Assembly (NCBI GenBank): GCA_012295275.1
Contig: CM022667.1
Coordinates: 19,840,001 to 19,904,000 of the forward strand
Length of the DNA stretch: 64,000 bases
Reading direction: 5' to 3'
Source of the DNA: Chrysomallon squamiferum
Taxonomy: Eukaryota; Animalia; Mollusca
A model generated the notes under the pieces. That model had not been told where the DNA came from, ran no database searches, and saw nothing but the letters and a program-made list of their open reading frames with translations. The position numbers and the translations under genes are program-made. Below, piece after piece: positions 13,807-28,900 of the stretch; position 1 is the first letter of the stretch, and each line of letters begins with the position of its first letter.

Positions 13807-16326
13807 AATACTAATAAAGACTAAATTTAACTATATTTTTTTATTTTGTCTCATTAACTTTAATTACATTTCATTCTACAAGTCATTTGAATTATTATTA
13901 TTATGTTAACATTAACGTTATTTGCATTATAAATATTAATTTTACAGTTACTGGTGACATATTTAATAGATTCAAATTTAAACTGTAGATGTCTGACACT
14001 TAACTGACATTAATTAACTGATTACACATACCCTACAGCTATTTCTGGTTTTACCTACAACAAAATGGAATTAACCGTCTGTGATCATTTACTTACTGTT
14101 TTAGGTCTTTACATAGTAAGAGTAACTCATTACAGAGATAATAATTTTGGGCAGAATTGTCTACTCAGGACATGATGGAAGTTAGAATTTACAGTGTTTT
14201 TCAGTAATTTTGTGCAGCAATATCCTTTTATATATCTTTTTGTAACGATACAGCTTTTGATTTTTCAATCTGGAATTGATATTCTCTATATTCATGTGAT
14301 TTTATTATCAAGTTGCTTATTATATGAGTTCAGAAAGAGGCAAAATATTTCTCATACATAATATGCTGGCATTTGAAGCATGGTGACTTAACATGATATG
14401 AGTGTATCTGACTTGGTGAGAAAAAAACCCCAGTCAGTACTAATTATAGCACAAAGCCCTTAAAATATAGGTGCAGTGTGTAATGTATACTTCCAAATGA
14501 TAGTTATATTTGTTCATGCAAACTAACCTTTGCTAACAATAAAGTTGTGGCAGCCCTTTTGTCATTCATGCACATTAATAATATTTTATAAAAAATTTTT
14601 AAAAGAAAATACATCAGATGCTCATGGTGCTGGAATAAAAAAATAACACCTTTGATTCAGAAGTTTGCTTTAAACCTTTCAAGTCCATATCATTGTCCAG
14701 AATATAGTTATATATTGGTGTGACAGAATTATTAGCAAAGGTTAAGCTTAACAAATAAAGAAAACAAAATTTATTTAATTTATTAATTTATTAGCAACCT
14801 GAATTATTTGCTTTATAAATCAAAGTCAGAAGTGTTTGTTTGAAGGCAAAAAAAACAACTAAAATGATAGTGGGTCTGTGAATTGTCTGAATATGTCTCA
14901 GCCATTTCAGTTTATGTCTTATTATACAGTGAGTCACTGTATAACTATTCTTAGGATTGTCAGTTTTAATTTTTGTTCTCAACTTGTGCTATTCAAATCA
15001 TGAAACATTTACCACAATAACAGCCTGAAGTCTTTTTGTTTAGCAGTGCATGGGTATCATGTGCATGAAGCGAGGGACTGTTATATAAATTGCATTAACC
15101 ATTCACAAAGAACACCTCATCTCAGGTACAATGTATGTGCATGTTTTCAGCAAGTATTTGCATGTGGGTGTAATTTTCCTGTTCAGACAACTTTTATTTT
15201 TTTTATTTTTTTTTTATTTTAAAGGTTTCTTTCAGTGACCCAGTCATATAACACCCTCCTCTGTTCCAGGTATTTGTGAGCTGTATGTATAGTGTACAGT
15301 ATAATTCATTTTTAATTCAGATTTATATTATTCACATTCAACTGAATTTAAATCTCTTCCTATTTGTTCACTGGTGTTGGATTTATTTATTTATTTATGT
15401 TCAATTTGACAGTTGAATGATTTATTGTTGTGCTGCAATGTGAAATGAATAATAAACATTTTTTTATTTGTTTATTATGCAGCTTAGTTTGCTTTTCATC
15501 ATTTCTTGCAAATGTTTACATACAATTTAACCCCAGTTTTATTCATGAAAATTGTATTTCATTTATTTATTTATTATCATTTTTAAATTTAAAACTAAAA
15601 TTTCTTTCTTGTTTGTGTATTTGTAAAGTGGATAATTGAGGCTCTATACCTTTTTTTTTTAATGCTTTGTTTTAATAGTTTCAATTCAGTTAATTCAAGA
15701 GACAGGTCATACAAAAGTAATTCACCTGAACTTCATTAAATGAAAATATCAAACCTGAAGAGCATTCCTAACTGTAGCCTTTGTTTATTCTTACAAGACA
15801 CTAGCGAGTTTTATCAGCACTAGGTAGCTGAAATATTTCAGTGTAAATAAAAAGTTAGAACGTTTTATACACCATCCTCTTATTTGTAGAGTACTCAGCC
15901 TGTGTTTGAACAGAGATGACTGAAATTTAGAACAAGATCTCAGTAAAGTTAGAAACTTTGGAGATATTTTACAGACCATAAAATACTCTGGTGTTAATTT
16001 AAAAGATAATTACTATTAAAAAACTAATAATTTTTAATAGTTTGTTTTCAGAAGGAAGGAATGTTTTACAACAATAAGCATATTATTGTGTTTAATTACT
16101 GTAAAGGGAAATGAATAGTTTCATATAAAGTTATATGAATACTGCTAGTGCCTTGATTACCAGCAAGGAAACTTTATACATGCCTTCCCATAAACAGAAT
16201 AAATCAGCTGGAACAGAAAAGGGTCAAATAGGAACAAAGGAATTTAATATGTGCAGCATGTGTGTTAGTGAGTATGTTTCTGTGTGCATGTCTGAATGGG
16301 CATTCGTGTATGTGTGCAAGTGTGTG

Positions 16327-16373
<47 letters not shown>

Positions 16374-17481
16374 GCATGTGTCCATGTTTGTGTTTTTGTA
16401 TTACTGAATCAATAACTTTGTTCATAAAGAATAAAAAAATAATAATAATTTTAGGGTAGACTTTCTACATGTGTGTATTTCATTAATGACAAAAATGCCA
16501 GTTCTTTTTTTTTAAATTTAATTGTTAACATTTATAAATTTGTCACTCATTTTAATGAAATACAGATATTTAAAACTTTATTTTGAGAAAATCTCTGTTT
16601 TATTTTGAATAACAAACTGTGTTGAATAACAAACACAACATCAATGGTACATTAGATTTCTAAATTCAAATTTTGTAATTTCTATTTTTACTTGTACTGG
16701 ATGAATTTTATCATCAGAAAATGACACAATTTACTGAGATTCAAACATTTGAAACCCCCCCCCAAAAAAAAATCCACCTTGTCAACATTACTAACATATG
16801 GGTCATATTTTCCCGCGCATATTTGTTGTAGGTAGTTTATTAATGATAAATGAATTGTGGTCCAGTCACCTGTGATAGATCGAGTTCAGCGAAGCGTGCT
16901 CAGTAATCCATACACAGAAATTGAAATAATGACAGGTATTTCCCTTTTCTTGCAAATGGAACAGTCCTGGTGTGTTGTGGGATGTGGGTACATTAGTTTG
17001 GGTTAGCTGTTGTGTAGGGGAGACAGTGGTGTACGGAGTATGAACGACAGTGAATGCAGTGGGATATTTCGTGTAATATTTGACAAAAATCAGGGAATGT
17101 CCAAACCATTCGTGCCATGTACAGGCTTGAGGACCCGTGTGCTTGCGGAACTGTTCACAACAATCGCAGAAAACTGTACATCTTTGGCCCCTGCGTCTCC
17201 AACTGTCAGACAAGTGCAGGTACGAATCTGAGAATGTTTCTGACTTACTTAGATGTTATTAAATTATTAACACTTACAGAAGTTTATGATAGTTTTATAT
17301 ACATATTGTTTTCGTCAAAGTGCACATTTGCCTGTCAGCAGGTGATTGTTATTATTATTATTTTAAAATTTATAAGACGTATATTTATGACAATGTGATG
17401 ATTATTTTTATTTTTTTTATTTTACTTTCTATTAAAATCTAATTATTATAACCTAAATTGGTTATATTTACCATTAATATA

Positions 17482-17519
<38 letters not shown>

Positions 17520-20500
17520 TTTGTTGGGTTTTTCTTTATTTTTTTTTATATTGAACAAGTTTGTGAAGGAGTTGTTTTATTTTTTCAGCCTAAATTGTTT
17601 TGTTTTATTTTTTAATTTAATAGACAAAAATTAATTTATAATTACATATCAAAATTAAATTGGAAAGCTATCAGTAGTGCTGTTTTTATGACTGTCGCTG
17701 GTGATGAGGAATTTTTTCTATTTTTTTACGTGTAATCTTTTTGAGTATAAATATAGATGTTACTTGTAAAAATAGTTATTTTGATGTATTATCTTGTTCA
17801 CTGGTTGTCATGGTTAAAGTACACTGGCAAGTCAGTATTACAAGTTGATGCAGAACTATTCTGTTAAATTCAGCATACCACAGCTCTCGTATATAAGAAG
17901 CCATGTTGAAGTTTTATTCATGCACATGTGTATACAGAATGCACAAACACACACACTCCCTTTCCCATACTGAGACTGACCCATTTCTCACCCATTTCAC
18001 ACCCACACACCCACCTACACACATACACACCCACCTACACACATACACACCTAACTCCATACACACATACATGCACGCACACACACATACAGAGATGTTT
18101 AGATTATATGGTTAGATTAGTTTAATAAAATAAATAAGTCGATAGGTAATAAAAAATAGATAGATTATAGATATACAGGTAGATAGATTACAGAGAAAGG
18201 TGGATGTAGAGACAAGTGAAAAGACAGATATACACACAGATAGTATACTTTGTCCAGTGATAGTGGGGTCAGGTTGTTTAGCTCACTGTCAGTGTTGGGT
18301 GAACCCGTCTTGCAGGTTTTTGAAGACCCATCACCTTATCACTGATATGACACTTTCTGTGTTCCCTGTGCATTGTGCTAATTTGTCCTAGTTTGCAACA
18401 CCGGTTCACTGCTTTCATCTTTATCATATTCCTGTAACAATCATGATGGTGGTGATGGTGATGGTGTTGGTGATAATGATGATGATGATAACAATTATAA
18501 CAATAATGATGATTATGATGATGATGAATAAATTAATAAATAAATAAATATTCTTTTTCTTCTTCTTCTTCTTCTTCTTCTTCTTCTTCTTCTTCTTCTT
18601 CTTTATTATTATTATTAGTAGTATTATTATTGCCTCCAACTGTGAACATACACCAAAAGTGTAGATAAATAATAACATTTTCAAAAATATATTTTTGTAA
18701 CTACCATTACATTTATGTGAACTAGTTTCAAGAGAAACATTAAAGAAAACTATGACCATTGTTTCTAACAGTCCAGCTAATATATTCATTTGCTGGGTAC
18801 TTCAGTGTTTAACACCCCAGGCCTTAGGTATAACAGGATCCAGGATCAACACACCTCATTACCCTGTGTGCTATTTCCCATTCCAGAGACAATTCCTTGT
18901 ATGAGGCATATAAAAGGACATTATAATCATGGACTGTCTTTTGAAAAGTGAATATTAAAATCTCCAAACATTAATTGGTATATAATACTTTCTGTTTAAT
19001 AGTAATAATATGTGATGGGTTGCTTTCAGTGTCATGTGACCAGTATTTCCAGTGTTATGTACAGTAATAGTTTTGGTAGTTTGTAAGCGTAATGGATAAA
19101 ACACTATAGCTTTACATCATCATCATCATCATCATCATCATCATTATAATTATTATTATTATTATTAATAAAGTAAAATGCATGTTATTTTACATAACAT
19201 GTGTCAAATCATACCACAAACATTTATTAATATATATTTTTAAATCGGTTTTCCATAGCAGTAGTAAAACTGGTGTAACAATAGTAAAAGGCATCTGACA
19301 GTTGACCATTACCATAATGAATTGGATTTGATTACTTATTTAATCCATATTCATTTTATCAATATATATATATATATATATACACACACTTCAGTTTTCT
19401 CCAAGTTATTTTTATATTGATCTCTTTGATTGGTTTGTTTAGTTGCTAGGCAACAGATTTTGGTGGTCTAACAAGGAAATAGATAAGGTCGACACACAAA
19501 CAGATGAAGTGATATTATGTCAATCACCCACACGTTATTTTTAATTATTAATTAGTTCAATAGTTACCAGAATTGGTAATTTCCTACCAGGCATTTTCTT
19601 AATTGGAGCATGGTAATCAAACAGTTCATGTGTCCATTTGGGGGTCCTGTTTGTTTTGTTTCTAGTAGATGTATGTTTCCAAAGACTAAGCAGTTTTTCA
19701 AATTGATTTTATTGATCATGAAAAATAACAAAGAAATTTGACATCTAAGACTGATAGGGTTTCTATTGTATTACATGTATCCAGAGGTTAAACATTTTGT
19801 CAAATTGATTTTATCGATCATGAAAAAAACAAAGAAATTTTACATCTGAGACTGAACATAATTAATATCTGACATTTAGTCAATAATATGTTGACACAGT
19901 GAACTGTTTGATAAAACAGAAACTATTACCTTTCAAACTGCTATTAACATAATTTCTGTTGCCTGCTGACATGTCAAAGACATAAAATATTTGTGTGTCA
20001 CCTGCATTGATTCCTGACATTACTGATCAGAAAAATGTCATCACAGTTCAAGTGGTTTTTTCTTCTCTGATTTATATTTATTACATCTATGACAGGTTGA
20101 GTATAAACTGATTTAACCTAAAGAATAAACAAAGATTCATTATCTGCTAATCTGATCGTTATTGTCTTAAAGACACATCATACTCTGTGTCAGGGTTTAC
20201 CAGTTCAGCTGCACTTGCTGGAATCAACTTATCATTAAGTCAAGGTTGTTACACCGGAGTAGATTAACCAACTCAATGTCTGTCTGTCTGTCCTGAACCA
20301 GATTAACCAGCTCAGTGGCAGGTTGCTGTGTGTATTGAAAAAAAACACAGGTACTTATCTGAACCACAGATTGACAGAGTTCAACTCTGTGTCAATCTCC
20401 TTCAGTCTCTTTCATATCCCACTGACATCCAGTTGAAGATGACAGTTCTCAAATTAGTTTTCCCATCAGCAGTGTCAGCAGCCAAATTGTTCAGTTGGTC

Positions 20501-22619
20501 ATTACGAGGGTCTGCCTGCAGTGAAGAGTGAAAAACACAAAATACTGAGGTGTTTGACCATCACAATCTAAGACTTCCAGATAATCACATATTACTTTTT
20601 TGTGTCACTAATCCAGGTATTAAAAATAAGAAAAGAATGAATGGGTCATGGCAGTGGGAAAGTTTGTACTCAAACTAATTGAACCATCTAGTTAAAGTTT
20701 GGTCTTCAGCAGACAGAGAGTTTTGTTACATAATTTTAAAATACTACCTGGATTTGTAAATGCCCAACATGGGGTTTGAGCAACTTTTCTTTTATATTGT
20801 ATTTATAAATTATTGTTGTTTTGTGTAACTTTTAATTTTTTTGAAATAAATATTGAAGTTAAATAAAATATTGTGAAATTTCAAAGGATATATGCAATAA
20901 CAAATTTTTTCGATGTGTCAGTATGCTTTCTTTAAATTTCATTGCTCGCATGCAAAAACACAAACATACACACAAGTGTGCATACATTGCATACATACAC
21001 AATGAATATTTTTCTTTGGTATCTTTTGAGATGCTGATCATGCAAGTTTCCTGACATCAATTAATCCGGATCATAACACTGATACCTCAGTTTCATACCA
21101 AAATATTTTTGACCTTGTTTAAACCTCCACAGAGACTGTAGCATGTGAAAAAAACAGGTGAAACCTCTAATATGAAGAGTGGACTATGGACAATGAAATA
21201 TTAATTAAACTAAGAGTGGTAACTAAGAGAGAGAGAGAGAGAGGTATTGATCAATCATTACAAGCATAGCTGGAGTCTACATTTGATTAACTTGAATGCT
21301 GGGAGTTATTTCCAGCTTTTTCACTTAATTATCCATCTTCATTTTCTCCCTCTGTTATTTGTTCCACAAGCAGCTGATCACCTTATTGAGCAAAGTCAGC
21401 AAATCATGTAAAACTAATGCTGTGCAACTAATAAACAGTATGAACACTTTTTTATATCTAGTATTGCCATCAGATAACAAGTTATTCAACATGTGTCTTT
21501 CTGTGTAAATAAAAGCAAATGTGCATCTCTGTGTCCACAAAAATCCAGTTTGAAATGATACTCAGTATCACCCTGGATGGTAGATACTGTGATGTCAGCA
21601 GTGACCACTGTGTTGTAACCTCAGTGGTGTCCACCATGTCAGGCAATGTCCACTACCTCAACTACAGCCACTACCATCTTTGGTTAATCAGCTTCCATAA
21701 GTTCATATTTGTAAAGTTAATAACATAATATGTTTGACTGAATGACATCATATTACATCATATGAAGAGAATACTGTACCTACAGAGTGCATTCTAATCT
21801 GGTTTTAACCAATCATTTCATTGCATGGAAAAGTGTAATAAAGGCAATAAGATGCCTATTTTTTTTTTTTTTAATCCTTTGACTGAGAATTAATTGGAAA
21901 CAGAATATAAAAAAATACTATATTGGCTGTACAAGATTTGGAAAAGGAAAAAATGTATTCATTTTCTCTCCGAGATGAAAAATTAGGACTGTTGTACACT
22001 CTGCTCTGTTATAATGATCTCAGATTGACTGGTGATAGCTATATTTTACAACTTTTGTTGTTTACTCATTAAATTTTAATTTTTTTATTCTGAAACCTAA
22101 GTTATTTGTGCTGGAGGCGCTATACCTCTTAATCTTGTAAGTAGTAAATCTGTAATACAAATTTTTATTTATCCATATAACTTCACACAACATGCCATAC
22201 ACATATACAACTATTACTTCCATTGAGCTTAAAAAAGAAAGTTCAGTGAAAGCTGAGTCCATTATGTGTTTATTTGTTCTGAACCTGCGGGTTCTGGTCA
22301 ATTACGACATTTAGGACTTAAAAAGAAATGCATGTCCACAACACCACGACCAGCGTCTGTCGCTTAGTACAGTTATAAAAATATGAGTTCTAATAAAACA
22401 GTGGGTGTCTGGCTGGATCCAGCAGCGCAAACTGATACATTCACCTGTCCTCAGCTTACAGTTTTAAACACCACACAATACACAGGAGGTTTTATTTCTT
22501 ATCTGTTATAGAAATATAAAAATGTTTACCAGGATGAGAGGAATTTGCCAACCGTGTTATGTGTTGAAAATTTGTCTGATAAAATTGACATACCTGAAGT
22601 ATTTCTTTATTTTTCTTTC

Positions 22620-22653
<34 letters not shown>

Positions 22654-22929
22654 ATTTATTTAATTTTTAATATTTTTTTTGATATATTTTTTTTAATTTT
22701 TAATTTTATTTATTTTATTTTTCTGAATAATTACCCAAATGTATTCCGAAATGAAATATTTAAAGGATTTTAAGTATGTAAAAACACATAAATGTAAGAC
22801 ATTAAATACTAATTTTCATTGTCACTGTATCTCAGGTTTGTAATTACACACCATAATGATGTCACCCTGACAGGTTGACAGATGAACGATGTCAGTTGTT
22901 ATAATACCAGATTGTGTCATTTTCTCTGG

Positions 22930-22970
<41 letters not shown>

Positions 22971-25900
22971 ATTACAGAACGTACTAGGACTTTGTTGGAA
23001 GGTTGTAGAGCATAGAGCTGATGTATTATAGCTCGCAGGGTCAAATCTCATTAATGTGCCATTACAGTCAGTGTTCCATGATTTTCCTGTCTGTGAGAAG
23101 GTCCAGCTTCATAGCAAAGTTCAAAACAAGCGATAAATTAAGACATTGTACATTATGTTTTTTATTATATCCAGTCAGAACAAACTAAAATACTGTACAC
23201 TGTACATTGTGTGTTTTTATTACAGTGTACATTATGTGTTTTTATTACAGTGTACATTATGTGTTTTTATTACACTGTACATTAAGTGTTTTTATTACAA
23301 CATCCAGTCAGTGTACAGAACAAACTAGAACACTGTACACTGTACATTATGTGTTTTTATTACAACATCCAGTCTGTGTACAGAACAAACAAACACTGTA
23401 CACTGTACATTATGTGTTTTTATTACACTGTACGTTATGTGTTTTTATTACACTGTACATTATGTGTTTTTATTACAACATCCAGTCAGTGTACAGAACA
23501 AACTAAAACACTTACACTGTACATTATGTGTTTTTATTACATCATCCACTCTGTGTACAGAACAAACTAGAACACTGTACACTGTTCATTATGTGTTTTT
23601 ATTATACTGTACATTATGTGTTTTTATTACATCATCCACTCTGTGTACAGAACAAACTAGAACACTGTACACTGTATATTATGTGTTTTTATTACATCAT
23701 CCAGTGTGTGTACAGAACAAACTAGAACACTGTACACTGTACATTATGTGTTTTTATTACATCATCCAGTCAGTGTACAGAACAAACACTGTACACTGTA
23801 CATTATGTTTTGATTACATCATCCAATCTGTGTACAGAACAAACTAGAACACTGTACACTGTACATTATGTGTTTCTATTACACTGTACATTATGTGTTT
23901 CTATTACACTGTATATTATGTGTTTCTATTACACTGCCCATTATGTGTTTATTACACTGCACATTATGTGTTTCTATTACACTGTACATTATGTGTTTCT
24001 ATTACACTGTATATTATGTGTTTCTATTACACTGCACATTATGTGTTTATTACACTGCACATTATGTGTTTCTATTACACTGTACATAAAGTGTTCTTAT
24101 TACACAATATTACGTGTTTCTATTACACTGCACATTACGTGTTTCTATTACACTGTACATTATGTGTTTTTATTACACTGGACATTATGTGTTTCTATTA
24201 CACTGTACATTGTGTTTTTATTACACAATATTTAATGTGTTTCTATTACACTGTACATTATGTGTTTTTATTACACAATATTACGTGTTTCTGTTACACT
24301 GTACATAATGTGTTTTTATTACACTACATTACATGTTTCTGTTACACTGCACATTGTGTGTTTTTATTACACTGTACATTATGTGTTTTTATTACACTGC
24401 ACATTGTGTGTTTTTATTACACTGTACATTATGTGTTTTTATTACACTGCACATTGTGTGTTTTTATTACACTGTACATTGTGTTTTTATTACACTGTAC
24501 ATTACATGTTTCTATTACACTGTATATTATGTGTTTCTATTACACTGTACAATGTGTTTCTATTACACTGTACATTACGTGTTTCTATTACACTGTACAA
24601 TGTGTTTTTATTACACTGTACAATATGTGTTTCTATTACAGCGTCCAGTCCATGTTCTGCAGCTGAGTACACCTCACTTCAGAAAGAACTAGAAGAAAGA
24701 AATTCACAGCGAGATGACTTGGTGCATCAACTCACGGTAAAAATAAAACTGTTTTAACACTGATTCTAGCTTTTAATATTAAAAATATGTTGATGTATTC
24801 TTTTCTGAAGAAAGGAGAATGTTTTACTTCTCATTTTTACTGCATTAAAGTGAAAATTAAAGAAAAACAAAACAATAACGTCAGCACTACACATGCCACA
24901 GAAAAAAACAGAGGGATATATGTTTATGTTTTGTTAATTTGTTTTCAGATTTTGGCAGAGAAAAACAAGCGATACCGGACTCAGCTGGAGAAGCAGGAGG
25001 CAAACAGACAGCAGCAGCAGAAGACTGCGAGGAAAGTGCAGGACAAGCAGCTTGCTGAGAAAGAAGTTCTTATTAATAACCTGAAAGATCTCCTGTCTGA
25101 ACACGAGTCAAAGCTGCAGCATCTAGAGAAACAGCTTCAGGGTTAGAGAACCTTTTCATCTTCTTTCAAATCACGAGTGAAACAAATAATTGTAATGTTG
25201 TATATTTATCTCACTGAATGCTATTGAAATTTTAATTAATTTCTTACTAAACCAATACTGCTCTAATGTTACCTCTGTGTTATATAAAACACAGCTAAAT
25301 AGCACAGTTGTAACTGAAAACGTTTTTTCCACATATCAAATATTGTAAATTCTGAAACAAATGAGTTCTCATTGAACACAGATATGGAACATGACATTCA
25401 TATGAAAAGATAAATCAGATTCTAGTATTAATTTTTGTTTGCAGGTAACAACAATTCTGAGGACAGAGTTGACTCAGGTTTCACCAGCTGCACGAAGCTG
25501 GTGGATCAAATCACACAACTTCAGTCAGAGAAATCTGACCTGTTCTCCCATCTAGAGACGACTCAGTCTGAAATAGAAATTTGCAAACAGCAGAATGCTG
25601 AAAAGATTGAGTCTCTAGAACAAATCAACACAAAACTAGAAAACGAAAATGAAAGTTTGAAACAAGAGATAGAAACATTAAAATCACTGAGAGCTGATCA
25701 TGAGGTAGATGTTTGAGAATTTTCATCTTTGTTTAAATATTTATATTAATTTAGCTGTTTTTGGTGTGTTTTTTTTATTAAAAGATAAATAGATTCTTAT
25801 GAAATCTTTAAAAATTAATTTGTAATCTGGTAACATCAAAATTCAAATAACAGGTTTTATTTTCATGTATAATTTCATGTTATCACAAAAATTGTATTTT

Positions 25901-28900
25901 CTGAAGCCATGAATACAAAGTGAATTATTGGTGAAATATAAATGAACAGTCACTCATTTCAATTAGTTTCATATCAATCAAGTATTATTTGTACCTATCA
26001 TGATCAAGACATCTTGATATCAGTATATTTTTAATTCTTCCAAACAATTTGGCCCTTTTTTGGGGGGTCATTAGGCCTTTGCTAATAATAAAGTTCTTGG
26101 AAAAAAGTATTTTCCTTTTCATATGCTTTGTGAGACTGTGATTACTGTCCATTCTCTAACCTGTTTACTCTGCTGATTTGCAGTCCTCACTGGACAGTAC
26201 AGGAGGGGGCACCACTGACACAGAGAAACAGCTGGAGAAAGTCCAGGCTGAGAACGTCAGACTTCTACAGCAGATTGTTGGTCTCAAACGCATGGACTGC
26301 AGGCGATCATCCATTGGATTTACATCCGAAAATGACCAGATAAAGGTGAGAACATGAAATAATTGATCAGTAACATTTTTGATGATTTCAGAAAAACTGT
26401 TATATAACTGTTTTTTTCAGGGGGGTTTTGTTGTTGTTTTTTCTGACAGAAAAGAGAGTTCTTCATTTTCATGTTTAAAAAATACAAGTCCAACTGCTAG
26501 ATTGTCAAGTATATTAAGGCATGTTCTTTCTCTGATTTAGTTATCTTTAAAAGCCAGTTGTTTTATTGATCCTGGGTTGTTTTAAGTGATCTCTACTGTA
26601 ATGTAAATTAAAAAAATATTTATGATTTTAAATTTTAGTGTGATATATTCCAGTGATTGCTTTTAAGTTTGTCAACACTTACAGATTTATAATTTATAGC
26701 ATTACATTTACTCAAATTGTTTTAATATGTTTTCTTTAGTTTTGAGTTTACATTCTTCAGTATTTATTTCTTTGAATTTAAAAATGCTAAAACAAAATGT
26801 AAATAAATGTTTACAGTCAAACCTGAACATGAAAGGAATACTCTGTCTAAACAGTTTTGTGTTTGTTTTCAAAGCTTGCAGGAAGACAACGACACACTAA
26901 GCTTGTCTAAACAGTTTTGTGTTTGTTGTCAGAGTTTGCAGGAAGACAACGACACACTAAGCTTGTCTAAACAGTTTTGTGTTTGTTTTCAGAGCTTGCA
27001 GGAAGACAACGACACACTAAGCTTGTCTAAACAGTTTTGTGTTTGTTTTCAGAGTTTGCAGGAAGACAACGACACACTAAGCTTGTCTAAACAGTTTTGT
27101 GTTTGTTTTCAGTTTGCAGGAAGACAACGACACAATAAGCTTGTCTAAACAGTTTTGTGTTTGTTTTCAGAGTTTGCAGGAAGACAACGACACACTAAGC
27201 TTGTCTAAACAGTTTTGTGTTTGTTTTCAGAGTTTGCAGGAAGACAACGACACACTAAGCCTGGCTCTGTCCACTCTGCAAGAAACACTGACACAGAAGG
27301 ACAAAGACATTCGCGAGCTGGAAGCTAGAAGTGTTTTTGAGAAACATTCTCTGACAACTCAGAACAGCAAACTGTCTCGTCAAATACGCCAGCTTCAAGC
27401 TGACATCATGCTGCTCCAGGCAAAGGAGCCAGAAGTCAGTGTTCTGATAATTTGTTCTCTTTGAGTTACATAACAGCTGCTTAATTTATAAATAATACTG
27501 CTGCTGTTTTCACATAATTTATAGACAGTCTGCATTCACGTCATTTATAAATAATACTTTTGTTTTCATATAATTTGTAAATAATTTGTACTTTTGTACT
27601 CATATAATTTATAAATAATTTGTACCATTGTATTGACATAACCTGTAAATAATTTGTACTAAAATAATTTACAGTTAATTTGTTGTAGAGCAGAGTCTGT
27701 GAATATACTTTTGTTATGTACACAGATAAATGGTTATAGCACATTTCATGAATATATACTCACTTGCAGTCGATTGTTTAGCATTTGTTATAATACATGT
27801 CCTTGCATCTTTTGTTAATATTTCTGTCAAATTACAGAAATTTGAAACAGAACAGGGTTACATTTTGAAAAATAAGCAGAGAAATGCAGTTTGTTTTGTT
27901 ATTTTTGTTGTATTAAAACTTGGTGTTTTCAAGGTGATGCACAGAATTGAAAGAGTTCAAGTTGAAGTGGAGTCTGAAGACTTGAAGAATGACATTTCAG
28001 CTTTTGAGCAGATCTGTGCAGACAAAGACCAAACAATTTGTCAGCTGAAACAAGAAAACAGCACTTTGGAAAACAAGGTTTATTTAACATATAAATGAGT
28101 TCTGACAATATTTAAAACTAAAAGATTTCCAGTATCTCCTTTTTGTGCTTTGTTTTTCTTATTATTATCATGTTATATATACACATAAACACAGTATATG
28201 GGTGAGTATGTGGAAACAGAGTATGTAATCTACATCTCAATTTATATCCAATTTCTATACTAAGAGAAACAATTTACAGATGTGTATTGAAGTCTCATAA
28301 TACACAAATATGTACAGTTTTCATGTAGCCTTAGAACAAGTACTTTCCAAAACCTGTTACCATCTGTTCCAGATTTATGGTAGCTCTGAATTCTGAATTC
28401 TTCAAAACATTGCAACATTTTACTGTTTGTGGATAGCAGTACAGAAACTTCATTTACTTTTGTAACAGATATTTTTCTGCTTTATATCACCAGACTAATA
28501 AATAATAATAATAGTAATAGACTTAAATTAAAATTATGACATTTAAAGAATTATTCAAATGTTGTTTTCTTTCCTTTTAAACATTAGATTGCTGTGTTAA
28601 CTGCTGAAAAGTGTGAGAGTCACCAGTCTTTGTTGGCAGAGATTGAGGAGCTGAAAGAGAGCAAGCAGAGGGCAGTGGAAGAGATGAGTCGACAGAAGGA
28701 CAGAGAAATGAGCCAGCTGAAGACGAGTCACACACAGATGTGTCACTCTGTCCTCGCGTTGAAGTCGCAGTTCGACGAACTCAAGTCATCCTACGTCCAC
28801 CTCCTGAAACAAGTGAAGCAGTTCCCAAATGTCATCGCCAAAACTGTCAGCACTGTCAGATCAGAGGTACACAGTTTGTTTGCTTTAGCAAACCAACAGT

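Noticed and set aside
18317-21700. Further exon candidates in the long kinesin intron (~18317, ~20407, ~21583)
   Set aside because: Stops in the required phase or weak donors; no coherent chain.
23146-24692. Many overlapping Cys/Tyr/His ORFs
   Set aside because: Minisatellite artefacts; only 24642-24736 is exon-like.
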